From Alloascoidea hylecoeti (taxonomy: Eukaryota): a DNA stretch of 64,000 nt. Below the pieces are notes generated by a model. It had not been told where the DNA came from. It searched no databases and was given only the letters and a program-made list of their open reading frames with translations. Shown piece by piece: positions 20,867 through 33,043 of this stretch. Every line of letters begins with the position of its first letter. Position 1 is the first letter of the stretch. The stretch is from positions 62,001 through 126,000 of the forward strand of contig BCKZ01000007.1 of the NCBI GenBank assembly GCA_001600815.1, written 5' to 3'. The translations under genes and the position numbers were made by a program.

Positions 20867-21094
20867 CATTGGCACCTTTGGCTCATTAAAATCTTATTTT
20901 AACTACAACATCTTCCTACAGCAGATCTCCACAGAAATTCCCGATAACTACGTAAAAGACTACACGAATATATATCATATATTTGGTTTTTATCATATAG
21001 TATTTTACGTAGTTGTCAAGAATTTCTGTGGAAATCTGTTGTAGGAAGATATTGTAGTTAGAAGAAAGTGATAATTATCCAAAAGGTGGCAATG
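20867..21094. repeat. Long imperfect inverted repeat (hairpin / MITE-like)
   Basis: Arms 20900-20962 and 20998-21060 pair at 56/63 positions around a 35-nt loop. Weaker outer arms: cattggcacctttgg / ccaaaaggtggcaatg. Confidence 0.9.
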
Positions 21095-21795
21095 TCTTGT
21101 GATTAACTTTGATCTAACAAAATCTCCCGTCAATTGTCACAAGTACTTCTTATTCTACCGGTACCAGGGGTGCCACAACTGCCTTCTCACCACCAACTAT
21201 GTTGAACCCTCTTAATGCTCCTTGTATTTGTGAGTTGTTGGAATTTTTGGTTAAAACAAATCGACCAGGTGGGTGTTAATCAAATAAGACCGGGCCCCTT
21301 TGAACATTTAAAATCTCATTATGTGGTGATCCCGTAAAATTGGGCATAACGAAGATTAGTTTGAAGAAGTAACATAATGGTAAAACCCAAGGTTACATAC
21401 AGTTGTGATCATGGTTGACCTATATTCGCCCACCTCTATGTCTAACCAAGCACAGTCAACACCAGTATATCAAAGACTTGAAAGGTGTCAAAACGTGGCC
21501 CCCATTAAAATAACACGTCTTCCGAGCCCCATCCGTTCTAATTATCAACTAATCGTGGCAGTTTATAATCACAATTGAAATTTCAATTACATGATACATG
21601 TAATGTTTTTCAAGATTATAAAACCAATTTAACAAACCCCGTACGATGTAATATATTTGATACTTAAAAAATAAAATAACTCTGGATTTATTATAAGCAC
21701 TGACTAATAAAGACCAATTATACAATTAAAATTCAAATTAAATAAATAAATAAATTATCCAATACTAATTATAAAATCTATAGAAACATCGATAT

Positions 21796-22390
21796 CTACC
21801 TATAAGGTTTATCTTCATCACCTTCTTCATCACTTTCAATAAACTTTTTAATTGCTTCTCTTTTTACTTTCTTCTTAATTGGTTCTAAATCTTCTTTATC
21901 ATTTTCATTAAAAAGATGACTTCCGGTCGTTACAAATCCCGATTGAATATCATTTCCATTTTCATTAATAACAGGAGGTTCAAAATTTGGATTCAATTCT
22001 TTTAAAGCTTTATTTATTTTATTTGCATTTGATAATAATAAACTCCATGATGACTCAGTTAATGAAATTCCCTTTATTATATTAGTTTGTAATTCAATAT
22101 AAATGTATAAAATAGAATTTAATGGGCTTACTTTTTTACCAGGTCGTAATTCTCCACCAGATTCATAAAACTCTCGAATATCAACAAGTGGAGTTTTATT
22201 GAATTGTCGAACAGTTATTTGTTTCTTTTTACCAATCTTTATTATAAAATATTAATAAATTATTGCCTTCTTTAAATTCATAACATAATATAATATAGAA
22301 TAATCTTCAACTTACATCAAATACTTTATCATTTTTATTTGAAGGTTCAGTTTCCGAAATTGGTCTCTTTGGAAGTCTCTTATAAACCAT
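21796..22390 (-). CDS. SUB1: Sub1/PC4 transcriptional coactivator, 151 aa, 3 exons (22390-22316, 22236-22132, 22071-21796)
   Basis: The spliced product contains FDIGKKKQITVRQFNKTPLVDIREFYESGGELRPGKKGISLTESSW (PC4 domain). Introns GTAAGT..AAG (79 nt) and GTAAGC..AAG (60 nt) are both phase 0. Confidence 0.92.
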
Positions 22391-23374
22391 TAATATTGAT
22401 ATTACTAGTTATATTATATTCTGGAGTAATATAAAATTAACAATTGGTATTCTTTCGTTTGTTTCAACCTTCTTAGGCTCTAATAATGAGGAAACTTAGA
22501 ATAGGTGTATGGATGTCCAGTAAAAATTATACAGTATACACATACAAATTTACCTCTAACTAGATTTAGTTTTATATATAAGGCTTACATTAGTCTTAAA
22601 TCAATCTAGGAGGTGTTTTACCCTTTTTAACCTTTTGCATATTTGAAAATAATGCAACTAATGACATCTTTGTAGAGAGACAATATGTGATATCACAAAC
22701 CTATAAATGGGAAAATCGAGTAATACTGTAATACGGATGTGAACGTATAAATATTCAAAGAAGATAAGAAATGTTATAAATCACAATTGACAGACTATCT
22801 ACATTGTACAGAATAAATACCCAAAAAGAAAGCTAGAGCAAGAATCTAGTTATATTACAAGTAAAGACAGATGAGATAGGGAGAGATATCTTAGTGGTGA
22901 TCACTGGATCCCATTCAAACACATGTATGAAGTACAACATTATAGCAGTCATTGTGAAATGTTTAGGATACCAGTATACAAGAGGGTAAAAAAGAAGAAA
23001 AACTTCTCCAACCTTGAATTGAAGACAGAAGAACGTGTAAAAAAATCTCAAAAGAATTTATTGGAATAAGTGGTGTATATACAAATATCTAGTGAGTTCC
23101 TTTTTTTTGTGTTGTTGTGTTGACAAGATCATTGGTTCTGCTCTTATGAAGCAAGTTTGAAACTATTTATCCTTAGCTAGCGACTTAGCTCAGTGACATA
23201 TTCAAATGAACCTATTTCCAGTATTCAACAAGAACTGAATCGTTTCCTTTTTGTGTATCAGATTTTACTATGCCGCTAAAAAAAAGAAGAAGAATCAACG
23301 GTGATATAATTCCGAGATGGGTTCATTTATGTGATGGACCCTGTACATTCTAGTATGGGTGTTAAGGAGGGGTA

Positions 23375-23404
23375 CACGTGATGGAAATGATAGCGGCACG
23401 TGAC
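23375..23404. promoter_or_regulatory. Two CACGTG E-boxes (Cbf1/Pho4-type) upstream of URC4
   Basis: CACGTG at 23375 and 23397 (the second is CACGTGAC). A TATATAAA element lies near 23452, ahead of the ATG at 23508. Confidence 0.5.
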
Positions 23405-23507
23405 TAAATATTACCACCGCTTTCCGTCGGATCTCTTATCGCACTAAAATATATATAAAGCCTTCTTTTACCCCTTCAATATGTTTGACATTTTCAATTA
23501 GTTAACA

Positions 23508-24872
23508 ATGACAATGACACCTGATGAACAAGTAACATATCTATTATCAATTAAATCAGTTCGTGAAAGATCATCAATAGTTTTTCAAAAAGCATTAAAA
23601 AATAAATTAAATAATTTTGATATTGATTTAAATCAAATTCCAAAATGTGTTAATTTTATTAAAGAATTAATTTTAAGAGATTATAATGATCCAAATAAAT
23701 TTAATGAAATTCCATCACATGGAAGATGGCAACATTTTAATGTTGGAGGAATTGATAGAATATCAAATTTAATTGAATTAATTAAAAAACAAAATAATGG
23801 AATTGTTGGTAAAGAAGAAGAAAAATTAATAATAACAAAATCATTAATTGATTTATTTTTAATTAGTGTTTTATTAGATGCTGGAGCAGGAGATTCATGG
23901 TTATATAAAACTAAAGATGGTTTTAAAATTGGTAGATCTGAAGGAATTGCAATTGCATCATATTATATGTTTATAAATGGTAAATTTTCAAATGATGATT
24001 CAAAACCATATCAAATAAATGGTGATAAATTAATTAATTTTAAAAATAATGATTTAATCGATGGGTTTCAAATTAATAATAATAATAATCAATTTATTGG
24101 TATTGAAGGAAGATGTGAATTAATTAGAAATTTAGGAAAATCTTTAAATTCAAAAGATAATGAAAATTATTTTGGTTATGATCATAGAGGTGGTAATTTA
24201 ATTGATTATTTAATTAAACTATCAACAGAAAATGATAATAATGGAGAAATTGATTTAAATGATTTATGGGATTTATTAATGTATTCATTAACAAGAATAT
24301 GGCCAGAAGGTAGAACAAAATTAAATAATAAATCACTTGGTGATTCATGGCATATTAAAGTATTAAAAGAAGATAAAAAACAAGAAGAATGGGAAGATAT
24401 TGTAACATTTCATAAATTAACTCAATGGTTATGTTATTCGTTGATTGTTCCAATAAAAAAAATTTTAAATTTAAAAATTAAAAATGAATCATTACAAACT
24501 GGATTACCAGAATATAGAAATGGTGGATTATTAATTGATTTTAAAATAATTAATTTAAAATCAAATATATTAAAAAAAGGTTTAGAAAACTCTTCAATTT
24601 TTTTAAATGAAAAAAATGAATATAATTTACCAACCTTTAAACCAAATGATGATATTATTATTGAATGGAGATCAATTACAATTGGATTTTTGGATTATTT
24701 ATTACCATTAGTTAATGAATCATTAGGTGTTAATGGAACAATTAATGAATTATCTTTACCACAATTATTAGAAGCTGGAAGTTGGAAAGCAGGTAGAGAA
24801 ATTGCAAAGAAATTACGTCCAAATACTGGTGGTCCTCCAATTAATTTATATAGTGATGGTACTGTTTTTTAA
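23508..24872 (+). CDS. URC4: Uracil catabolism protein Urc4 / Urg3 (DUF1688)
   Basis: Motifs HGRWQHFNVGG, SVLLDAGAG.SW, GRSEGIAIAS, FHKLTQWLCYSL, TGLPEYRNGGL, LEAGSWKAGR and C-terminal SDGTVF. Confidence 0.92.
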   Translation: MTMTPDEQVTYLLSIKSVRERSSIVFQKALKNKLNNFDIDLNQIPKCVNFIKELILRDYNDPNKFNEIPSHGRWQHFNVGGIDRISNLIELIKKQNNGIVGKEEEKLIITKSLIDLFLISVLLDAGAGDSWLYKTKDGFKIGRSEGIAIASYYMFINGKFSNDDSKPYQINGDKLINFKNNDLIDGFQINNNNNQFIGIEGRCELIRNLGKSLNSKDNENYFGYDHRGGNLIDYLIKLSTENDNNGEIDLNDLWDLLMYSLTRIWPEGRTKLNNKSLGDSWHIKVLKEDKKQEEWEDIVTFHKLTQWLCYSLIVPIKKILNLKIKNESLQTGLPEYRNGGLLIDFKIINLKSNILKKGLENSSIFLNEKNEYNLPTFKPNDDIIIEWRSITIGFLDYLLPLVNESLGVNGTINELSLPQLLEAGSWKAGREIAKKLRPNTGGPPINLYSDGTVF

Positions 24873-26091
24873 AGGACAATTACAAAAAAAGTTAAAATTG
24901 AAAAATTAAAAATTTATTTATTAAATTTATTTATTAAATTAATTATAGATTATATAAAGAAGTAGTAGATTAGCCTATAATTAAATATTCATTAGTATTA
25001 ATACTCCAAAATAAACTTGATATAATCACAAAAAGGGAAATGAAAGAAAAACTCATCAAAATTTTGTAGGTTGTTTCTCAGCTTCGATTATAAATAATCC
25101 TCTGCGTGGTGCATGAACAGTTTTCTAATCATAGTAATCTTTCAATCCCCTTATTCAAATCCAAATAGAAATAAAACATACAAGTTAATCGATCAAATGT
25201 TGAAATATTAATGCATTTTATTAAAAAGAATTAAAATCTACAAACTTATATTATTGTTAGAATGAATAATCATAAAGCAACCAAAAAAGTGAAAAATCGA
25301 AATTAAAAATGATATTGAAATCAGAAGTACATTAATATTTTTTCTCTTCCATGGAATTAGTCAGAGAGATTCCCAATGTTTATAGACAATACTCATCATT
25401 TTCCAATTATCAAATTTAAATTCAGCAATTCATTTGTAGTTGTGAAAAAAAACATACCTATTATAAAAGATGGATGAAAAAGGAAAAAGGAAAAGAAAAG
25501 ATTTTTTTTTATGGACAAAGGGCATGCTGAAATATACACCGTTGTGCTACGATATACTGTGGAAGGTTAGGGTTATGGATGAAATGTTATTATTAGCTAT
25601 GTATGATTTTTGATTTAAACAGGAACATCTTCAGGATCTTGGACTCTGATCCAATAATCACCAACAACGGGGATTTTTGAAAGGATTGTTTGTCTAATTT
25701 TTGGAATACCTTCGGCAAAAGTAACAACACCTGCTCCAGCAGCAGCACCCCAGAAGCCAAGAATTGGGACCCATTTGGAGAAAACAACCGGTGAGATTGG
25801 ACCTTTAACGGCTTTGTAGAGAGGTTGTCTGATATACTGTGTATTGTAGGGTTAGTATGTTTCTTGGGGAAAATGGAGAATAGGATTGTTAATAATGTAG
25901 GTACGCACGTTAATAGCAGCCATTTTTGATATTAGATATTGAGAATTAGAATATGAAGGTGTTTTGAAAAGTCAGGTAGTAGCAAATTACTGGACTGTGA
26001 TTGGTTAGGATGACTCCCGGAAATAGCAGGCACGATCGTCCGGGTGCAGTTATATATAATATTTCTTCCTTCTCCAGAACATCCATAATTA

Positions 26092-26775
26092 ATGCCCTCC
26101 GCAAAACCAATTCTGTCGTATTTCTTCAACTCCATCTCCATCCCGCCAAACACCGGCAGACCTGGGAGGTCCACAGCAATACCCACAGGAATCGACCACC
26201 CAAATCCTCACTCAATACGGACGTTTGGTCCGGAACCTCTCAATAACAATGGGTATACAAGTGATTCTTCTTCATCAACCTCTTCCTCTTGTTCAAATTA
26301 TTCTTCTTCAAACTCTGCTCTATCACATATAGCAAATGGTATTGGAATCGATGACACTTACAATTACTGGACAAATTCAAATAACAGTGCTTCAATGACG
26401 GATTCTCGTTCTGCTTCTGTGGGTTCGGGCACGGGTTCTGCGGGTTCCGAATCTGGAAGTGCTTGGTCAAGTCCTGGATCTTATGATTCTGAAATTAGTA
26501 CCGTACAACATTCATCTTCAATTAATAGATCAATTAACAGATCAATAAATACTACCAACAGTAACAATAATAATAATAGTAATAGTAATAATTCAATAAA
26601 TGACTACTATAATAATAATAATTCAAATAATTCAAATAATTCAAATTCTACCTCTTCTGGTGAGAGATGGTGGATTGGTGGAAGTAATAAAGAAGGTACT
26701 GAACGTTTTTATTTATTACAAAGTGCAAAAAGAGTTTCTTCTGATGGAATATCCATTGATAGATTATCATTGTAA
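26092..26775 (+). CDS. Ser/Asn-rich hypothetical protein with a conserved-looking C-terminal motif
   Basis: 227-aa ATG ORF. A low-complexity middle is flanked by N-terminal MPSAKPILSYFF and C-terminal ERWWIGG..ERFYLL..KRVSSDGISIDRLSL, which resembles an uncharacterised ascomycete family (recalled, not searched). Confidence 0.7.
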   Translation: MPSAKPILSYFFNSISIPPNTGRPGRSTAIPTGIDHPNPHSIRTFGPEPLNNNGYTSDSSSSTSSSCSNYSSSNSALSHIANGIGIDDTYNYWTNSNNSASMTDSRSASVGSGTGSAGSESGSAWSSPGSYDSEISTVQHSSSINRSINRSINTTNSNNNNNSNSNNSINDYYNNNNSNNSNNSNSTSSGERWWIGGSNKEGTERFYLLQSAKRVSSDGISIDRLSL

Positions 26776-28625
26776 TTATGAACAGACAAATTATTTTTTT
26801 CTTATTTTTTTTCTTATAAATTCTGGATTTGGATTTGGATTTGGATTTGGACTTGGATTGGAATAGGAACTGGATTTTTCTTCTTCTTGGGAATATTGGT
26901 ATTATCATGAAATAATCAGGAAAATTATCTTACTTAAAATATAAATATAAAGATAAACGGTATTAATATTACCACGATTACAACGATTATGAAAAATGAA
27001 ATATGAAATGATTATTAATTTTACTAATATGATATTTATTATTACTTATGATTATACTTATGATTATGAATATGATTATGAATGAATAACAGCAGCAAAA
27101 GATTATAAATTTATAAATTTATATAGATAGCGCTAATATTAATATTAAAGATAAAATTTAAATGTAAATATGATTATTCTAAATTTATTACTTGCAATTG
27201 TATATTTAAGCTAAAATTTCTATTTGTCTACGTTATTTTGAAGATGGTTTGGGTACCAGATGAGTTGTGATACTTGATCACTAACAGTATAAATTGATAT
27301 GCGTAAGACAAAGTTATAATGTTCATTATTAAACATACAGAAAGTAAAATATATATTAAACTGAAACTGTGTAAAGTGATGAAATTTAAAATTGAAAAGA
27401 AGAAGATAGCGGTTGTTTTTTCGAAGCTAACAATTACATCTATAAGGTCTTATATTTATTTTGATCTTGACAAGCTCCCTCAAGAACTTGCGTATCATTT
27501 TTAATTATTTTCGTTATTTTCTTCAATTTGAGCTGAACTACCATTTGTAATAATAATTTAATTTTGTATAGACCAAACCAAAATTCACAGTATTTGGTGA
27601 ATTTAGCATCTTACCGACAAAAGAGTTAGAACTTAAAGAAAGATATATATCTAAAAGTTAGTAACGTAAGCTATCGTGTACTACGACGTGTAGAGTCAAC
27701 AAGGGGTATTTACGCATTCGAGATGAATTTTCTTTGATATTAGTAGTTACATGTAATACTTCACTGATGTCAATTGCTTTGTCGAGATTGAGTTACATCG
27801 GTAGTCATCTAAGTGTATAAATCAGATACCTCATACGTTCTCAATTTTTCCAACAACGCCTAAGCTTTTTTATATCGTTGAGGCAAATCCTAATATAAAT
27901 CGATATTTGTGGTTACTTCTTAATATCCCCTTTTCACCTACCTAAATCTCCCCGAAGCTTGATAATATTACCGGAAATTAAATGAAAAGAATTAATTCCA
28001 GTTATTGCAAAGTTTAATCGAATCTTTTCAGGGACTGTAGTTTCAGCTTGCATATTACTCGGTAGTACAAAGTAGTAAGTACATATAGTACAGAACCACC
28101 AAGAGACAAGGAAGATAAGAAACTTTGTATAGCGCCGAAGAAAATTGACCAACTGGTGCTACTTTACTATACAAAAATGGTGGTGGTGGATGACAAAGAA
28201 CTGTTTTATTGTTTTGTAGATCAGTTAATTGATTGAAGATATTCAAGACATATACATGATTCTTAGACAGTGAAAGTTCCTCACTGACTTGAATATCAGT
28301 AATAACAACATTAAATTGATGATGTCTGATATTCAGTTTACCAAGGTGCCCTCATTTTCTCAGAATCCTAACACATTCCCTTGAAATTGTGACTCTTAAT
28401 CAATGGATATGTGAACTTGTGGTTTAGGAAAAAAAACTACATGTAACATAATTGATATCCCGCTTTTTGGATATCATAATTAGATATTGTCAGAAATAAT
28501 ATAATCATACAGAAACTTTTATTTCTTTCAAGTTCTGCTATTTGACCAAAGTCATGGATGGAATCTACTAGAAATATCTAAAAAATTACTTGTAAACTCC
28601 ATAAATAACATTACATATATATCAG

Positions 28626-29813
28626 TTATAAAATATCTCGATCAGTAGATTTACCAAACTTCAAATAACGATGTTCTAACATATCTTTTTTAGATGTTCC
28701 TTTACCACGTAATCTAATTAACCAATATCTTATTAAGAATAAGAAACCTAAAGCACCACAAACAATACCAACAATTAAATAACTAAAACCTAATGATACA
28801 TTTCTCCCACCAATAACAGTTTTTGTTTCTAAAATCATAAATTTTTTACCTTTAAAAACTTCAACAGGATAATTCATACTTATATTCATTTCATAATAAC
28901 CATTTATTAAAATATCATTTTTATTTGTATTTTTACCATATAATTTTGAAAAACTTGATAAACCAGCAGTATTTAACCAATTTTGAAATAAATCCCATTC
29001 TGATAAATCAGGTAAATTTGATTCATTATAACCATTTGGAAATTGTTTTTTCCAATTTGGTGGTGGTACAATATCATCAATATTATAATTTGTTTTTTTA
29101 AAAATATTTTTTGAAAATGATGATGTTCCATTTTGTATAAAATTAAATGATTTTTCATTTTCAATATAATCTTTAGTTATTGGATTTATTTTTAAAAGAT
29201 TTGAAAATGTATCATTAAATAAAGAATTTGGAATTAATCCACATGGATAAATTATTTTTCCTGTATCATTATCAATTTTTAATGGATTACAATCATCTGA
29301 TAATGAATTTGAATTAACTGCTTTTCCTTTGATTTGATCCCAATCATAACTTAAAATATATTTTCTATGATTTTGATAAAAATTTGTTAATTTATAAAAT
29401 AAATAAATTGGTCTTGAAATATTTGTTGGTATATGAAATCTTAAACTACAAATTGCAGAAGAATCAGTATTTAAAATTAGTTTCCATTGGGGATAATCAT
29501 TTATATCATCATTACCTGGGAAATGAATTGAAGTATATTTTGAAGGAATTTTAGTAAAAGAATCCGTATAAGCAGAATCACAATTTGTATAATTTATTGA
29601 TAATGATGAAGGCTTATAACCAGCATAAAGTATTAAAGACCCCAAAGGAACAAAAACACAAACAATACAAAAGAATAGAGGTAATACTGATTTTGTTGTC
29701 ACCACCGGTTCCCATCCTTTTAACCTCTGCTGACGGAAATTGGTATTTTGAGGACGACGAGATTTCGTCCTTTCTGTTTCTTCTGGATTTAAAATTTTGT
29801 TTCGTAACCTCAT
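28626..29813 (-). CDS. CDC50: Cdc50/Lem3-family P4-ATPase flippase beta subunit
   Basis: Motifs SRRPQNTNFRQQRLKGWEP, YKLTNFYQNHRKY, YPCGLIPNSLFNDTF, FQNWLNTAGL..FSKLY and IGGRNVSLG, with two TM segments. CDC50 versus LEM3 orthology is unresolved. Confidence 0.9.
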   Translation of the reverse strand: MRLRNKILNPEETERTKSRRPQNTNFRQQRLKGWEPVVTTKSVLPLFFCIVCVFVPLGSLILYAGYKPSSLSINYTNCDSAYTDSFTKIPSKYTSIHFPGNDDINDYPQWKLILNTDSSAICSLRFHIPTNISRPIYLFYKLTNFYQNHRKYILSYDWDQIKGKAVNSNSLSDDCNPLKIDNDTGKIIYPCGLIPNSLFNDTFSNLLKINPITKDYIENEKSFNFIQNGTSSFSKNIFKKTNYNIDDIVPPPNWKKQFPNGYNESNLPDLSEWDLFQNWLNTAGLSSFSKLYGKNTNKNDILINGYYEMNISMNYPVEVFKGKKFMILETKTVIGGRNVSLGFSYLIVGIVCGALGFLFLIRYWLIRLRGKGTSKKDMLEHRYLKFGKSTDRDIL

Positions 29814-29938
29814 TAGTACTTACTTGATAACCTTTTTTGGTGGGGACTAAATATTATCGGATGCATGGGTGTTTTCCCTATCCACAAAAGAAGATCTATA
29901 CGAAATAAAATTCGAAACCTCCTTGTATCACTTCACCA

Positions 29939-32900
29939 ATGGAAACTCTGGAAATTCACGGACGTTCGTTTTTGCTTAAATGGGTGAACGCCGAAGAAAA
30001 CTCGGAAATCCACTGGCAGTTGAAACCTGTTAAAAAGTCTGTAAATTTTGGTATCTATAAGTCCATCGGAAGTCATTTTTCAACTATTGAACCAGTATTA
30101 AATACTTCATCTTCTTCAAATATAACCAACCTTTCCGAAAAATTAAAAGTAAATGGTTTATCTAAATTATCATGGTATGATAAATGTGTCCCAAATGAAT
30201 TAATTCATGGTTCTTTACGTGTTGAACCAGGTCAAGCTGGTACTTTTGCTTTTGTATTTGATAATACATTTTCAAGAAATAAAATGAAAACTGTTTTATT
30301 TTCACAACATATTGAATTTAAAAATGAAACAATTGATATTCCATCATCAATAAATTCATTAGCAAATAATATTGTTACATCAAAAGGTGGTAAATATGTT
30401 TCAGGTATTTTATTAAAAAAAAGAAGAAAAAAACATCAAGGTTACATAAGAAGATATTTTCAATTAAATTATAAATATTCAATTTTATCATATTATTCTA
30501 ATGAAAAATCTTCTTTATTACGTGGTTCAATGCCAATTAAATTATCTGTTATATCTGCTCAAAAGAAAAATAATGAAATTGTTATTGATTCTGGTATGGA
30601 ATTATGGTATTTAAAAGCAATTTGTGATGAAGATTGGAATGTTTGGGTAAAAGCTTTAGATTTAGCAAGATTAGGTGCAACAAGTTATAGTAATAATCCA
30701 CAACCTTCTTTGATTACTAATAATACTAAAGTTAATAATAATATTAATGAAGTTATACATGATTATGATACTGATAATGATGTTCATTATCAAAAATTAT
30801 TATTAATTAATGAAAAAATTGAAAATGCAAAAAGAAATGCTTTAAATTTAGCAGCAAATCTTGATATTAATAAATTATCTTTATCTTCTTCATCTCAAAA
30901 TAATAATAACCAGCAAAATATAGATTCATTGGCTGGTCCTTCGACTTCTACTCGAAATATTAATGAATCAGTAAAGTCTTCACCATCACGTAGAAGAGCA
31001 TCAATTTGGAAAAAGAAGAAAAATAATCAAAATAATCAAAATCAACAACGACCAACCAAGAGTCGTCGAAATACAATGGAAAGTATACCAAGTTCTGATT
31101 TAGATACCAGTAGTAATGATAGATTACTTCTTAAACCACATCATAATAATCATTCATCAGAATCAAATATTTTACAAAATAATAATTTAAAACATAATTC
31201 TGAATCATCTCTTTCAATGATTAATAATACACCAAATATAATACAAAATAACAATAACAATACTATTGATCCAAAAATATTTAAAGAGTCAGAATCATTA
31301 TGTTTATTAATATCAGAAATTTCAAAAGATTTTTCAAAATTAATTAATAATTATAATAATGTTAAACAAAAATTTCATTTACATAATAATAATGATCAAA
31401 TTGCAATAGCAAGAACTTTAAGTCATATATCATCAAGTACAACTTTTTCTCTTGATAATTTTGAAGATGCAATGGAAAGTCTTGATGATTTAGAATCAAG
31501 AGTTATATTAATTAATGATGATGAAAATAATACAACTTCAACTTCTAATAATCATTCTATTAATGATATTGATGATGATGATTCAATTGATTCATCAACA
31601 TCGTCTTCTTCTTCGTCAGTTTCAACATCTTCTTTGTTAATCCCAACAACTCCGAAGGCTCTTCATAATAAAACTCAATCTACAAGTACAATAACTCGGA
31701 CATCAACTGCAAAACAATCAATTATTACAAAGCATGAACATGATTTATATCCATTACCACTAAAACCAATTAACCGTCGTAAAGATATACCAATAGCAAC
31801 ATCAACTCCTCCATCTTTAATTGCATTCTTTCGAAAAAATGTTGGTAAAGATTTTTCATCAATTGCAATGCCTGTAACAGCAAATGAACCATTATCATTA
31901 TTACAAAGATTTGCAGAATCATTTGAATGTGCATCATTAATAAATGAATCATTAAATAAATCATCAATAACTGGTGAACAATTATTATATATTTCAACAT
32001 TTGTTATAACATCGCTTTCAAATAATAGATCAAAAGATAAAGTTCAAAGAAAACCATTTAATCCAATGTTAGGTGAAACTTTTGAATATATTTCAACAAA
32101 AGATAATTTTAGATTAATTGGTGAAAAAATTAATCATAGACCTGTTGTTTTAGCTTATCATGTTGATAGTTTTAATTGGTGTTATGATATTGTTGTAACT
32201 ACTGGTCAAAAATTTTGGGGTAAAAGTGTTGAAATTATAACAAAAGGTACAGCAACATTAAAAATATATCCAAAAGAATCAGAAGCAAAACCAATTATTT
32301 ATAAATGGGATCAACCACAAACTTATTTACGTAATATAATTGCCGGTGAAAAATATATTGAGCCTGTTAATTCAGTTAAAGTATTTGATTTAACAAATTT
32401 AAAACATTCAATTATTAATTTTGGTAAACAAGGCGGTGTTTTTAGAGGTAGGAATGAAAATGTTGATGTTATTATAAAAGATGATAATTCAAAGTCAAAT
32501 AATAATATATTACCAATGTATATTGATGGTAAATGGATTGATAAACTAATATTACATTTTAAAAATCAAAATGATAAAGATAAAGATAAAAATAAAAATG
32601 ATAAAATTATATGGGAAAAGGGAAATTTATTAAGTAATTCATCAAAAAAATATGGTTTTACTGAATTTGCTGTAACATTAAATGATATATCATTGATTGA
32701 AAAAGATAAATTATCACCAACTGATTCAAGATTTAGACCAGATATGAAATTTTATGAAAATGGTGATATGGAAAATGCAGAACGTTGGAAATTACAACTG
32801 GAGCAATGGCAAAGAGAAAGAAGGTGGAAAATGGAAGAAAATGGTAAAGAACATGTACCAAAGTTTTTTAGAAAAAAAGAAAAGAAAACTAACGAAAAAG

Positions 32901-33043
32901 AAAATAATGAAAATAATGAAGATGAAGAGGAAAGTGAAGAATATGAATGGGAATATATTGAAGGAGAAATGAGTTATTGGGAGCGTAGGAAAAGAGGTGA
33001 TTGGGGAGATTTATTAAATCTATGGGAGGAAAATAAAAATTAG
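29939..33043 (+). CDS. OSH3: Oxysterol-binding protein homolog Osh3 (GOLD-PH-ORD)
   Basis: GOLD domain (WQLKPVKKSVNFG, FVFDNTFSR), PH domain (GILLKKRRKKHQGYIRRYF) and ORD (RKNVGKDFSSIAMPVTANEPLSLLQR, KPFNPMLGETFE, EKINHRP, PTDSRFRPD). Confidence 0.95.
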   Translation: METLEIHGRSFLLKWVNAEENSEIHWQLKPVKKSVNFGIYKSIGSHFSTIEPVLNTSSSSNITNLSEKLKVNGLSKLSWYDKCVPNELIHGSLRVEPGQAGTFAFVFDNTFSRNKMKTVLFSQHIEFKNETIDIPSSINSLANNIVTSKGGKYVSGILLKKRRKKHQGYIRRYFQLNYKYSILSYYSNEKSSLLRGSMPIKLSVISAQKKNNEIVIDSGMELWYLKAICDEDWNVWVKALDLARLGATSYSNNPQPSLITNNTKVNNNINEVIHDYDTDNDVHYQKLLLINEKIENAKRNALNLAANLDINKLSLSSSSQNNNNQQNIDSLAGPSTSTRNINESVKSSPSRRRASIWKKKKNNQNNQNQQRPTKSRRNTMESIPSSDLDTSSNDRLLLKPHHNNHSSESNILQNNNLKHNSESSLSMINNTPNIIQNNNNNTIDPKIFKESESLCLLISEISKDFSKLINNYNNVKQKFHLHNNNDQIAIARTLSHISSSTTFSLDNFEDAMESLDDLESRVILINDDENNTTSTSNNHSINDIDDDDSIDSSTSSSSSSVSTSSLLIPTTPKALHNKTQSTSTITRTSTAKQSIITKHEHDLYPLPLKPINRRKDIPIATSTPPSLIAFFRKNVGKDFSSIAMPVTANEPLSLLQRFAESFECASLINESLNKSSITGEQLLYISTFVITSLSNNRSKDKVQRKPFNPMLGETFEYISTKDNFRLIGEKINHRPVVLAYHVDSFNWCYDIVVTTGQKFWGKSVEIITKGTATLKIYPKESEAKPIIYKWDQPQTYLRNIIAGEKYIEPVNSVKVFDLTNLKHSIINFGKQGGVFRGRNENVDVIIKDDNSKSNNNILPMYIDGKWIDKLILHFKNQNDKDKDKNKNDKIIWEKGNLLSNSSKKYGFTEFAVTLNDISLIEKDKLSPTDSRFRPDMKFYENGDMENAERWKLQLEQWQRERRWKMEENGKEHVPKFFRKKEKKTNEKENNENNEDEEESEEYEWEYIEGEMSYWERRKRGDWGDLLNLWEENKN

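Noticed and set aside
22727..22859. TGTAATA...TATTACA bounded segment as a solo LTR
   Set aside because: Only 133 bp, no target-site duplication and no second copy in the window.
25560..25860. TTAGGG-like words
   Set aside because: Isolated one- or two-unit matches, not a telomeric tract.
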